Source of the DNA: Nitrospiria bacterium
Lineage (GTDB): Bacteria; Nitrospirota; UBA9217
Direction of reading: 5' to 3'
Length of the DNA: 64,000 nt
Assembly: GCA_919901555.1 (NCBI GenBank)
Contig: CAKKPG010000052.1
Coordinates: forward strand, 11,951-75,950
The position numbers were made by a program, and so were the translations under genes. The notes under the pieces are model-generated. The model saw only the letters and a program-made list of their open reading frames with translations, was not told the origin of the DNA and did not search any database. Positions 19,303-28,224 of the stretch are shown here, piece after piece (positions within the stretch are counted from its first letter, which is position 1; each line of letters starts with the position of its first letter).

Positions 19303-20766
19303 ATGAAGAAGGTAAAAACCATTGTAATGCTCCTGCTCATCCCGGGCATCCTCGCCGGCGGCATTCTGAGCTGCTCGCCGCGGAAAGCGCAGCCTGTCAA
19401 GCCGGTTAATATCCCGGACAATGAGATATCTCCTGATGTCTGGGGCAAGGCCTACCCCGCGGAGTATGAGCTCTGGAAGAAAACAGAAGAGCCCACGCCT
19501 CCCGGCAAAAGCAAATACAAGAGAGGTTTTGACGATGATAAGATAATATACGACAAGTTGTCGGAATTTCCATACCTTGCCCTCCTGTTCAGCGGTTGGG
19601 CATTCGGGATCGAGTACAACGAGCCCCGGGGCCATGCCTACATGGTCGTCGACCAGTTAAACGTTGACGAGGGGCGGGTGAAAGCAGGCGGCGTCTGCCT
19701 GACCTGCAAGACCCCTTACTCGCCCAAGCTGGAAAAGGAGCTGGACAGGGACTACTACGCGAAGCCGTACAGGGAAATCCACGCCATGATACCCGAGCGG
19801 CATAAAAAGCTGGGGGCGGCCTGCATCGACTGCCACGACAACAAGGACATGTCGCTCAGGATCTCGCGGGAATTCACGCTGGTGAAGGCCCTCAAGGACA
19901 TGGGCGTCGACCCGCGGAAGCTCACGCGCCAGGAGCTGCGGAGCATTGTCTGCGCCCAGTGTCACGTTACGTACAGCATCCCCAAGGACAAAGACATGCA
20001 TTCCACGGGACTTTTCTTCCCGTGGCAGGGAAGCGCCTGGGGGAACATATCCGTGGAGAACATTATAAAGAAGCTCAGGAGCGACGCCTCATACGGTGAA
20101 TGGACACAGGCCGTGACGGGCTTCAAGATGGCCTTCATCCGCCATCCCGAGTTCGAGCTGTTCTCAAACAACAGCGTGCACTGGAAGGCAGGGGCCGCCT
20201 GCGCCGACTGTCACATGCCCTACACCAGGGTCGGCTCCTCTAAAGTGTCGGACCACCGCGTCACGAGCCCTCTCAAGAACGAGCTGAAGGCCTGCGTGCA
20301 GTGCCACACCGAAAGCCCTGAGTGGCTGAGAGAGCAGGTCATCGCCATCCAGGACAGGACCGTGTCCCTCATGGTGCGGTCAGGCTATGCCACGGCAACC
20401 GCGGCAAAGCTTTTTGAAATCGCCCATAAAGCCCGGAAGCAGGGAAAGCACATTGATAAGGCCTTGTACGACAAGGCCAGGGACCATTATGAGGAGGCCT
20501 TTTACCGCGTCATATTCGTAGGCGCTGAAAACTCGGTTGGTTTCCATAACCCCACGGAGGCTATGAGGATCCTCGGTGACGCCGCTGCTTTTGCGGCAAA
20601 GGCCGAGGGGCTCCTGCGCCAGGCCCTGGCCCGGGCAGGCGTGGATACGCCGATCATGGTGGACCTCGAGCTGAAGAAATACCTCGACGCGAGAGGAAAG
20701 AAAAAACTGGCGTTCAAAAAGAAATTTGAATTCAAAGACCCCTATGGCGTGCAGGAAAAGTTTTAG
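19303..20766 (+). CDS. nrfA: Pentaheme cytochrome c nitrite reductase (lipoprotein signal)
   Basis: CLTCK, CIDCH, CAQCHVTY, CADCH, CVQCH; RHPEFE; AENSVGFHNP; start at MKKVK after GGAG. Confidence 0.92.
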   Translation: MKKVKTIVMLLLIPGILAGGILSCSPRKAQPVKPVNIPDNEISPDVWGKAYPAEYELWKKTEEPTPPGKSKYKRGFDDDKIIYDKLSEFPYLALLFSGWAFGIEYNEPRGHAYMVVDQLNVDEGRVKAGGVCLTCKTPYSPKLEKELDRDYYAKPYREIHAMIPERHKKLGAACIDCHDNKDMSLRISREFTLVKALKDMGVDPRKLTRQELRSIVCAQCHVTYSIPKDKDMHSTGLFFPWQGSAWGNISVENIIKKLRSDASYGEWTQAVTGFKMAFIRHPEFELFSNNSVHWKAGAACADCHMPYTRVGSSKVSDHRVTSPLKNELKACVQCHTESPEWLREQVIAIQDRTVSLMVRSGYATATAAKLFEIAHKARKQGKHIDKALYDKARDHYEEAFYRVIFVGAENSVGFHNPTEAMRILGDAAAFAAKAEGLLRQALARAGVDTPIMVDLELKKYLDARGKKKLAFKKKFEFKDPYGVQEKF

Positions 20767-20831
20767 CGGATTATGCTGATTGCGTGATCACGATAAGGGG
20801 GCGGCCGGCGCCGTCTCTTCTTTTTGCGCGG

Positions 20832-21419
20832 CTACAGCCAGTACTCGGGATATTTCCTGTTCTTCGAAAGGTTGTTCACGAGCAGGGCGACAGCCAGCAG
20901 TACCGCCGCGCCCAAACCTGCCGGAACGAAGGCGTAAAGAAATCCGAGGCTGTGGATCTTCTGTCCGCCGATGACCGCGATGAGCGCCGTTGCGCCGCCC
21001 GGGGGGTGAAGGGTCTTCGTTGCAAGCATCGCCACGATGGCCAGGGACACGGCCAGCGCGGCGGCAATCCATATCGTCTCGCCGAACATCTGATAACAGG
21101 CCACGCCCACGAGCCCGGAGAGGATATGGCCGCCGATGAGGTTCCGCGGCTGGGCAAGGGGGCTCTTGATCGCGCCGTACACGAGCACGGCCGACGCGCC
21201 GAAGGAGCCGATGAGCAGGGTCAGCTCGCGGGACTCAAAGTATCGCGACGACAGGAAGCCGCACAGCCCGATGCCGATGACCGAGCCGAGCCACGACCAG
21301 AGGAGTTCCCCTGCCCCGACCCCCGGCGGGCTCTTGGCCCCGCCCTTCATTTTTGAGAGATATTCACGCATGGTCATGGTTAGCTGGGTTGGGAGTTCGG
21401 CGTTCAGCGAGATACTCAT
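20832..21419 (-). CDS. HPP family membrane protein
   Basis: GSFGASAVL, SPLAQPRN, LHPPGGATAL. Confidence 0.9.
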   Translation of the reverse strand: MSISLNAELPTQLTMTMREYLSKMKGGAKSPPGVGAGELLWSWLGSVIGIGLCGFLSSRYFESRELTLLIGSFGASAVLVYGAIKSPLAQPRNLIGGHILSGLVGVACYQMFGETIWIAAALAVSLAIVAMLATKTLHPPGGATALIAVIGGQKIHSLGFLYAFVPAGLGAAVLLAVALLVNNLSKNRKYPEYWL

Positions 21420-21450
21420 CCATCCTCCGTCGTCCCTCCTCCGTCGTCCT

Positions 21451-22038
21451 TTAAGTCTTTTTCCCCATCGCCCTCACGATATCGGCCCGTGATATGATGC
21501 CGATGAGTTTACCCTCTCCATCCACCACCGGCAGCCGCTTGATCCGCCGGGTGTCCAGGACGGCCGCAACTTCTCTGATGTCGCTGTCCGGCCCAATGGT
21601 TATGGGGGGCGTACTCATGACGTCTCCGACACTTTTCCCGCTCTTGCGCGAGGGCAGGGGCTCGCCCAGGAGGTGGCGGAGGATGTCTTTGAAGGTATGG
21701 TCCCTCTTCATCCCCGCGAGGGCGAGGATGTCCGCCTCGGAGATAACGCCGATCACCCGGTACTGTTCATCCACCACCGGCATGCCGCTGATCCTGAATT
21801 CCGAGAGAAGCTTCGCCGCCTCATGGAGGTCCGCGTCCCGCTTCACGGCAATAACGTCCTTCGTCATCACGTCCCGCGCCGGGACCTTTGCGGCCAGCCG
21901 TTCCTGTGCGTGACGGAGCGCAAGCTCGTAGATCCTTCTCAGGTCTTCCTCGGTTATGTCCACGTAGGTCTTGAGTTCCTTGAGCGCGGACCTCAGGTCT
22001 TCATCGGAGATTTCCTGCGGCTTTTGACGTTCATCCAT
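21451..22038 (-). CDS. CBS domain pair protein
   Basis: DITEEDL, ISGMPVVD...IKRLPVVD...GIISRADI. Confidence 0.88.
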   Translation of the reverse strand: MDERQKPQEISDEDLRSALKELKTYVDITEEDLRRIYELALRHAQERLAAKVPARDVMTKDVIAVKRDADLHEAAKLLSEFRISGMPVVDEQYRVIGVISEADILALAGMKRDHTFKDILRHLLGEPLPSRKSGKSVGDVMSTPPITIGPDSDIREVAAVLDTRRIKRLPVVDGEGKLIGIISRADIVRAMGKKT

Positions 22039-22093
22039 GGCGGTTTCCTTGAAAAATCGGCTTGACGTGGAAGTGCAATCTTACCGCTCGACT

Positions 22094-22137
22094 ACCATAG
22101 CATCAGGCGCCGGCATGCGGGTATGATGTAAATCATA
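22094..22137 (-). promoter_or_regulatory. Crp/Fnr-type site and -10 upstream of CBS-HPP
   Basis: TATGAT-GTAA-ATCATA (22122-22137), 22 bp before minus-strand TGC-TATGGT (22099-22094). Confidence 0.7.
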
Positions 22138-22173
22138 GGGAGAGCAACGGCCGGGGAGAACGGACAGCCGTCG

Positions 22174-23070
22174 TTACCCGTTCTTCTCCTCGGTCTTGGT
22201 GACGATCCAGTAGACAAAACCGATGACCAGGATTGCAGCGATGAGGTAATAGATGGACTCGGGCTTCTCGTGCTTCAGGGTCGCGATCATGGTCTCCCGA
22301 ATCATCGTGACGAGCGCCACGCCCACGAATACGCTGATGTGGAACTTGCCGCCCTTGAGATGGGCTATCTCCGTGTTCATCAGCTCGATCATGAGCCACA
22401 GGAGCAGCATGGAGCCCAGGGCCGAGATGATGCCCCGTTCGATGTCTCCGGAGAGGAGATGCGCCACGTCCTGGGTGAACAGCCAGACGACGCCGAGGGT
22501 CAGGCCGATAAGGGCAAAGACCAGCACGAAGTTGGTGGTCTGGGAAAAACGTTCGGAGAAGCTGATGAGAGCGCTCTTCACCTTGTAAACAGGCGCATAG
22601 GTCTTGAGCTCTTCCTCGATATAGGAGTTGGTGATCACATCGAGATTGATGTCCAGTATCTTGGAGATCGCAACCATCTTGTCGGCAAATCCCTCCCTGC
22701 TCTCCTCGGTCCGCTGCAGGATGTCGACGCAGGCGTTCCTTATGAGATTGATCGACCTGTTCATATAATGGGCGTCCACTTTATACTTGACGTGCACGGA
22801 GCCGATCCGGATCAGGTTTTCATAGTACCGGTTGTCGTAGGCCCCGGAGAAGAGGTCGAGGAACCACTTCCTCTGGGCGCCGAAGACATGTTTCTTCCTC
22901 GTTTCGTCGGTGAAGAATTTCGCCGGCCCCTTGGTCCCCATGATCCAGAGGCTGAGCGTGCTCATCACCTCGTCGGCGTGCTCCTCCATCACCGCCCGCA
23001 GCTCCACGAGCAGTTGCTCATGGGCGTGCGAGAAGCGGTAGTTGTCTTTGATCTCTCTAAAGGACCTCAT
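22174..23070 (-). CDS. Globin-coupled sensor-like protein: protoglobin domain + PsiE-like 4-TM domain
   Basis: QRKWFLDLFSG.YD..Y...L.RIG.VH globin motif; C-terminal TMs with VALVTMIRE. Confidence 0.8.
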   Translation of the reverse strand: MRSFREIKDNYRFSHAHEQLLVELRAVMEEHADEVMSTLSLWIMGTKGPAKFFTDETRKKHVFGAQRKWFLDLFSGAYDNRYYENLIRIGSVHVKYKVDAHYMNRSINLIRNACVDILQRTEESREGFADKMVAISKILDINLDVITNSYIEEELKTYAPVYKVKSALISFSERFSQTTNFVLVFALIGLTLGVVWLFTQDVAHLLSGDIERGIISALGSMLLLWLMIELMNTEIAHLKGGKFHISVFVGVALVTMIRETMIATLKHEKPESIYYLIAAILVIGFVYWIVTKTEEKNG

Positions 23071-23114
23071 AGGCCCCTTCCCTGCGCCGGCGCCGCCGGA
23101 GCGCAGACCCGTTG

Positions 23115-23159
23115 TCAACGGTGACGAGGGCGCGGCAGCTCCGCCCTCGTCACCGTTCA
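23115..23159. terminator. Long GC hairpin after norB-2
   Basis: AACGGTGACGAGGGCG...CGCCCTCGTCACCGTT perfect stem, without a clear U tract. Confidence 0.5.
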
Positions 23160-23194
23160 TGGTTCACGCACTACTGCCCTTCTCCACGCCGTTG

Positions 23195-24523
23195 CTACGC
23201 TCTCCTCCTCGCGGGCCGCAAGGTCAAGAGGTCCGTTACCATGATCAGGACGCCGACAAAGAAGAATATCCCCAGGAAGAACGTCACCCCCAGCCAGAGC
23301 CGCATGTAGGACTGGGCGGCCATGTACCCCATGCCGAGCACCCGTTCGATATAGGACTGCACCACGCCGGCGATGCCGAACGAGAGCCCCATCAGCATCA
23401 TCGCCGTGGACATGGTCCAGAACGCCACCTTGCCGCGCGACGGGTCATAGACCTCGATCCCCTTGATCTTCGGCATGGCGTAGTAGAAGACCATGATGTT
23501 CAGGAGCGCGTAGGCCCCGAAGAAAGCCAGATGGCCGTGAGAGACCGTGACCTGCGAACCGTGGGTGTAGTAGTTGATCTGCGGCAGCGTGTGCATGAAG
23601 CCCCACACCCCGGCGCCGATCATGTGCATCACCGCGCAGCCGATCGCGATGGTCCAGGTGAGCGGATTTTTTATTTCCGTCCGGCGTTGCTTGACGTGCT
23701 GCATGGTGTCGATGAGCATGAGCAGGATCGGGAGCGGCTCCAGGGCCGAGAAGATCCCGCCGAACCAGAGCCAGTACTTCGGGGCGCCGATCCAGTAGTA
23801 GTGATGGCCCGTCCCGACGATCCCGGTGAAGAGGAAGAGGCCGATCTCCACGTAAAGCCACTTTTCCACGACCTGCCGGTCCACGCCGGTGAGCTTCATC
23901 AAGACGAAGGCGAAAATGGCGGCGGTGACGAGCTCCCAGGCGCCTTCCACCCAGAGATGGATGACCCACCACCAGTAGTACCAGTCGATCACCTCGTTCT
24001 TGTAGAAAGGTATCCCGAAGAGGTACAGGAGCGCGAGAAAGACCAGTCCTCCCAGAAGCGTGCCCTGGATCGCGGTCCAGCGCTTCGCCTTGTACATGGT
24101 CATCCCCACGTTGAACAGGAAGATGAGGGCGCCGACGACCACGACGATATCGAGAGGCCGGGGTATCTCAAGGAGCGGCCTCCCCTGGGTCCAGCCGAAG
24201 ACGAACCCGACGAGGGCCGCGACGCCGGTCGCCACCAGCGCGACGAGCTGAATCCATGCGAGTTTCGACGAGTAGATCTCGCTCTTTGTCTCTTCAGGCA
24301 CGATGTAGTACGTCCCTCCCATGAACCCGAGGAGCATCCAGAGCACGAGGAGGTTCGTATGCATGGCCCGCGCCGTGGCAAACGAGAACTTGTCCACGAT
24401 CCACTGCGGCACGGTAAAGCTGTAGCTGAACGCGAGCCAGAGCCCCACGACGACCTGGAGCGCGAACAGGAGCAGGGCAATGGTAAAATACCAGTAGGCG
24501 ATATTTTGAGAGCGGTATTTCAT
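23195..24523 (-). CDS. norB: Nitric oxide reductase large subunit, second copy
   Basis: ARAMHTN, HLWVEGAWE, GTGHH, SALEP, SHGHLAF. Confidence 0.9.
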   Translation of the reverse strand: MKYRSQNIAYWYFTIALLLFALQVVVGLWLAFSYSFTVPQWIVDKFSFATARAMHTNLLVLWMLLGFMGGTYYIVPEETKSEIYSSKLAWIQLVALVATGVAALVGFVFGWTQGRPLLEIPRPLDIVVVVGALIFLFNVGMTMYKAKRWTAIQGTLLGGLVFLALLYLFGIPFYKNEVIDWYYWWWVIHLWVEGAWELVTAAIFAFVLMKLTGVDRQVVEKWLYVEIGLFLFTGIVGTGHHYYWIGAPKYWLWFGGIFSALEPLPILLMLIDTMQHVKQRRTEIKNPLTWTIAIGCAVMHMIGAGVWGFMHTLPQINYYTHGSQVTVSHGHLAFFGAYALLNIMVFYYAMPKIKGIEVYDPSRGKVAFWTMSTAMMLMGLSFGIAGVVQSYIERVLGMGYMAAQSYMRLWLGVTFFLGIFFFVGVLIMVTDLLTLRPARRRA

Positions 24524-24532
24524 GTCTTCCTC

Positions 24533-25234
24533 CTATTTGAGATTGGCCAGGAATCTGGCCACTTCCTCCAGTTCCTTGTCCGACAGGTCCTTCTGCGCCG
24601 GCATCAGGGCCTTGGGGTTCACTGCCTTGGGGTTCCTGACATAGCGTTCGATCTGTTCGCGTTTCAGCTTCCTGCCGATGGCATCGAGGGCCGACCCAAA
24701 GGACCCGCCGGTCCCCTGAAGCGAGTGACAGTTCATGCACCCTCTCGATTGAAAGACCGCGGCGCCGGCGGACAATCCCGTCCCGGCGACCATCCTCTCT
24801 TCGCCCCGGGAGAGGCGTTTTTTACTGTCCTGGGGCGGCCAGTCGCCGTTCTCCACGTTCCCCACCCAGGTGAAGAACGCTATGAGGTCGTCGATCTCGG
24901 CAACGGAAACCTTCTGGTTCGGCATCTTGCGCCACGATGCGGCAAAGGCCTTTTCCGGGTTCGTCACCCGAAACCGTATGCCGTCCTCGCCGATGCGCTG
25001 GACGACCTTGGTGAGATCAGGCGCGTAATAGGCGCCGAACCCCAGGATCGTGTGGCAGTCATTGCAATTGTACTTCTCGAAAGCCCGCTTTCCTTCGACG
25101 ACGTCGTCGGACAGCTTGTCCACGTGGGACAGCGCCTCGACCTGGCGGTGGGTGTCCCAGGTCAGTCCCAGGAACAGGACGGCCGAGATCACCGTACCCC
25201 AGATAAATAGTGCCTTTCCCTGCGATAGTGTCAT
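24533..25234 (-). CDS. norC: Nitric oxide reductase cytochrome c subunit, diheme, second copy
   Basis: TM anchor; CNDCHTILGFGAYYAPDL; KMP; second domain CMNCH...ALMP. Confidence 0.85.
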   Translation of the reverse strand: MTLSQGKALFIWGTVISAVLFLGLTWDTHRQVEALSHVDKLSDDVVEGKRAFEKYNCNDCHTILGFGAYYAPDLTKVVQRIGEDGIRFRVTNPEKAFAASWRKMPNQKVSVAEIDDLIAFFTWVGNVENGDWPPQDSKKRLSRGEERMVAGTGLSAGAAVFQSRGCMNCHSLQGTGGSFGSALDAIGRKLKREQIERYVRNPKAVNPKALMPAQKDLSDKELEEVARFLANLK

Positions 25235-25498
25235 GATGTCCTCCTTTCAGGATCATGATCAGCGCGCAATGCAAAGATTTCATCCCCCGACGACGCAATG
25301 CCGCCCGCGGAATTCGCCTACCTTCATCCCGTAAACTCCGCAGGGGAATAACGTTCTCCAACTATTATTATTGATGGCGGCTTTATACCGCCCTGTCCAG
25401 GGAATTATAACCCCCGTTAGAGACCTTGGGATCCCTAACGGAGCAACGGCAGGAAGTGCATTTTCTTACATTGTATCATAAATGTATTGCTGAAACGT

Positions 25499-25657
25499 TC
25501 AAATCTTTACGAACAGGTCCTTTGACGCTCCGCAGACCGGGCATACCCAGGTGTCCGGGATCTTCTCGAAGAGCGTTCCCGGAGCTATGCCCCCGTTGGC
25601 GTCGCCCTTCTCGGGTTCGTAGATATAGTTGCATACCGTGCATTGCCAGTTGTCCAC
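25499..25657 (-). CDS. Rubredoxin (52 aa; not in the ORF track)
   Basis: AGGAGG then GTG; [52 protein letters not shown]. Confidence 0.92.
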   Translation of the reverse strand: MDNWQCTVCNYIYEPEKGDANGGIAPGTLFEKIPDTWVCPVCGASKDLFVKI

Positions 25658-25761
25658 GCGGACCTCCTTCTATTACTAAAGTATTATGGATTGTCTCAAG
25701 GTAAGAACCCTGCTCAGAATATATCATAGTTTTTGACGAATGTCTCCTATTCCAGCCGCTT

Positions 25762-26140
25762 GATGAGCGCGAAGATGACCGTTTTCCCCAGGATGAGTTC
25801 GGCGGGCCGGAGCGGCGCGGCCATGAGCTGTTCCCGCGCCCGGTCGCGCTGAAGAACGAGACGATGATGCGGCTTATGAAGACATATTTGGCGGCAAGGC
25901 GCTTACGAGCTAAATTCTACCCAAAATGGGTGCAAAATATTATCGAAAGTGATAAAAACCCCATAAATAGAGGTCAATATAACGATTTTTGAACTGTCGT
26001 TTTTTTTATAAATTTGCACTTTTCAATTTACAATTTCCAATTTTCAATTCCGCTTTATGCGGGTTAGGAAGAGGCATCGTCCGCCTCTTGACGGGCAGGG
26101 CCTTGCGGGCGCAGAAAGAGAGAGCGCGGACGCTTTCGGT
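25762..26140 (-). pseudogene. Chimeric gene relic: 5' end of a NarX-like kinase paralog, interrupted by a repeat element and fused to an ABC-permease fragment
   Basis: 26068-26135 matches 31661-31728; 25846-25904 encodes KRLAAKYVFISRIIVSFFSA (cf. KSLTAKYVFLSFIIVSVFGA); 25762-25834 encodes EQLMAAPLRPAELILGKTVIFALI (cf. the permease at about 33503-33576). Confidence 0.75.
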
Positions 26141-26233
26141 GGGGAAACGAGAGCTCATTCGAGGCCCGAGCAGTTGATGCACGGGGACGCTCAACGACAC
26201 GTTCATATTCGCTCCCTGCGGCCCCTCCGCTTT

Positions 26234-27757
26234 TCAATCCTTGCAGGCTTCATAGATTTCATTAAATAGCGTATGGGACCTTTTGAATACCTGGAGCACC
26301 TTCGGATCAAAATGCGACGGCAAGGATCTCCCATCGCCTTCGGTGAGTATCTTGCATGTTGTCCGGTGGTCAAAGGCCGGCTTGTACACGCGCCGGTTCC
26401 GCAAGGCGTCGTACTGGTCCGCGATGTTCATGATCCTCCCCTCGATCGGGATCTGCTCGCCCTTGAGTCCCTGGGGATAGCCGCCTCCGTCCCAACGCTC
26501 ATGGTGCGAGCTCGCGATTTTCCGCGCGATCAGCAGGCGCGGCTGCTCACCGATGATCGTTGCGCCGTGCACCGTGTGTTTTCTCATCTCCACCCATTCC
26601 TCGGGCGTGAGCTTTCCCGGCTTTTTCAGGATGTCTGGATGGACATGGATCTTCCCCACGTCGTGCAGGGTCGCCTGGAGCCGCAGGGCCTCGGCGAATT
26701 TCCCGTCCATCCCGAGCCCTTCGGCGATCACCGCGCTGTAATCGCCGACCCTCAGGATGTGGTTCCCCGTGTCCTCGTCATTGGCCTCCGCCGCCCTCGC
26801 AAGCGCATAGACCGTATATTCAAAGGCGTATTCGGTCTCGCGTATCTGGCCGGAGAGGGATCTCAAGAAGAGGCTCTGCATGACAAAGCTGTTCAGGACC
26901 GAGGCGTCATACGCCGTAACATCCCTGCCGTAATTGACGGCCACGATGCAGAGGGCCTCGCTGAGAAAACACATCATATTCGACGTCCTTGCGGACAAGG
27001 ACCCGAGCTCTTTCACAAACGCTCGGGGCCGGGGCAGCTCGAGGTCGGCCTTGTTATAATAAACGACCGTCGGGCCGACCGTTCCCGTTGCGTCCGGCCT
27101 GAGCCGGATGTCATGCGTGATCGGCGCGCGGTTTAACCGGTCGCCCATGAATTCATATTGGTGCCATTGCCAAACGCCCGTTACATCAGGAACGCCGACG
27201 ACGACGTACTGCGGCTTACCCGCCATTTCGGGCGTTTTCCGGATAAGCTGGCTCACGATGTCGTCGACCTTGGACATAAGGTCGAAGGTGAGAGGATCAA
27301 ATGACAGCAGGCTCTTCTCGCCGAAGGATATAAGATTGGTGATCTTGTCATAGGCGGAATTGAGACTGTCGTTCAAGGCCTTCATCTTAAGGAGCATTTT
27401 GATCCGTGCGAGCACCTCCCCGTGGTCGAACGGCTTTGAGATAAAGTCCTCCGCGCCCGCCTCTATCCCTCTGATCCGGTCCTCTTTCGCCGAAAGCGCC
27501 GTGATCATGACGACCGGAATGTTCCGAAGCCGCTCATCTCCCTTGATCCGTCGGCAGACCTCGAAGCCGTCGAGTTTCGGCATCATCACATCGAGCAGCA
27601 CGAGCTCAACGCTGTTTTCCGCGATCACGGTCAGGGCCGCGGCGCCGTCCTCCGCCTTGACCGCTTCGTACCCGCTCGAGACGAGCATTTTCTCAAGGAC
27701 CTTCAAATTCATGGGTTCATCGTCAACGCACAATATCCTCGGTCTTGACGGAATCAT
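26234..27757 (-). CDS. Response regulator with HD-GYP c-di-GMP phosphodiesterase domain
   Basis: Receiver LDVMMP; LHDVGKI; HHERWDGGGYP; RIMNIADQYDAL. Confidence 0.9.
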   Translation of the reverse strand: MIPSRPRILCVDDEPMNLKVLEKMLVSSGYEAVKAEDGAAALTVIAENSVELVLLDVMMPKLDGFEVCRRIKGDERLRNIPVVMITALSAKEDRIRGIEAGAEDFISKPFDHGEVLARIKMLLKMKALNDSLNSAYDKITNLISFGEKSLLSFDPLTFDLMSKVDDIVSQLIRKTPEMAGKPQYVVVGVPDVTGVWQWHQYEFMGDRLNRAPITHDIRLRPDATGTVGPTVVYYNKADLELPRPRAFVKELGSLSARTSNMMCFLSEALCIVAVNYGRDVTAYDASVLNSFVMQSLFLRSLSGQIRETEYAFEYTVYALARAAEANDEDTGNHILRVGDYSAVIAEGLGMDGKFAEALRLQATLHDVGKIHVHPDILKKPGKLTPEEWVEMRKHTVHGATIIGEQPRLLIARKIASSHHERWDGGGYPQGLKGEQIPIEGRIMNIADQYDALRNRRVYKPAFDHRTTCKILTEGDGRSLPSHFDPKVLQVFKRSHTLFNEIYEACKD

Positions 27758-27840
27758 AGGGCATCTCCTGTCACGCTCTTTCCAGCCGGATTTGAGAAGC
27801 GGGCTCTCATCATCGCCTGTCGTTTTCTCTCGGGGTTTCC

Positions 27841-28224
27841 TCACCCATAATATATCTCCAACGTCGTTTTTACGGACCTCATGAAGGCGTCCTTGTCGAT
27901 GGGCTTCGACATATAATCGGCAAAACCGTCGGCCATCAGGCGTTCCCGGTCGCCTTTCATTGCGCAGGACGTTATGGCTATCACGGGGATGCTCCTTGTG
28001 GCCTCGTCCGCCCGAAGGGCCTTCAGCGCGGCCAGGCCGTCCATCAAGGGCATCTGGATGTCCATGAGGACCAGGTGCGGCAGGACTTCCCTGGCCAGCC
28101 CGGTCCCCGCGGCGCCGTCCCCGGCCTCAAAGACCTCGTAGCCCTCTTTCTGAAGCAGGACCCGGAACAGCTTGCGGTTCATCGTGTCGTCGTCAATGAC
28201 GAGTATTTTCCGTTCCATCTTCAT
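27841..28224 (-). CDS. Single-domain response regulator (DivK-like)
   Basis: LMDIQMP...IPVIAIT..AM.GDRE...KPI. Confidence 0.88.
   Translation of the reverse strand: MKMERKILVIDDDTMNRKLFRVLLQKEGYEVFEAGDGAAGTGLAREVLPHLVLMDIQMPLMDGLAALKALRADEATRSIPVIAITSCAMKGDRERLMADGFADYMSKPIDKDAFMRSVKTTLEIYYG

Noticed and set aside
15280-24523. NorB copies as NO dismutase (Nod) or cbb3 oxidase
   Set aside because: All FeB/heme His ligands and the HLWVEG Glu are intact, NorC partners are present, and there is no qNOR-type N-terminal extension
23042-25210. 722-aa plus-strand ORF and many other long antisense ORFs (e.g. 8158-9417, 15259-16674, 47108-48703)
   Set aside because: They are shadows of well-supported genes on the opposite strand in GC-rich DNA and carry no motifs
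25713-25728. Sixth Crp/Fnr site upstream of rubredoxin
   Set aside because: Only one half-site (ATCATA) matches and the -10 spacing is off
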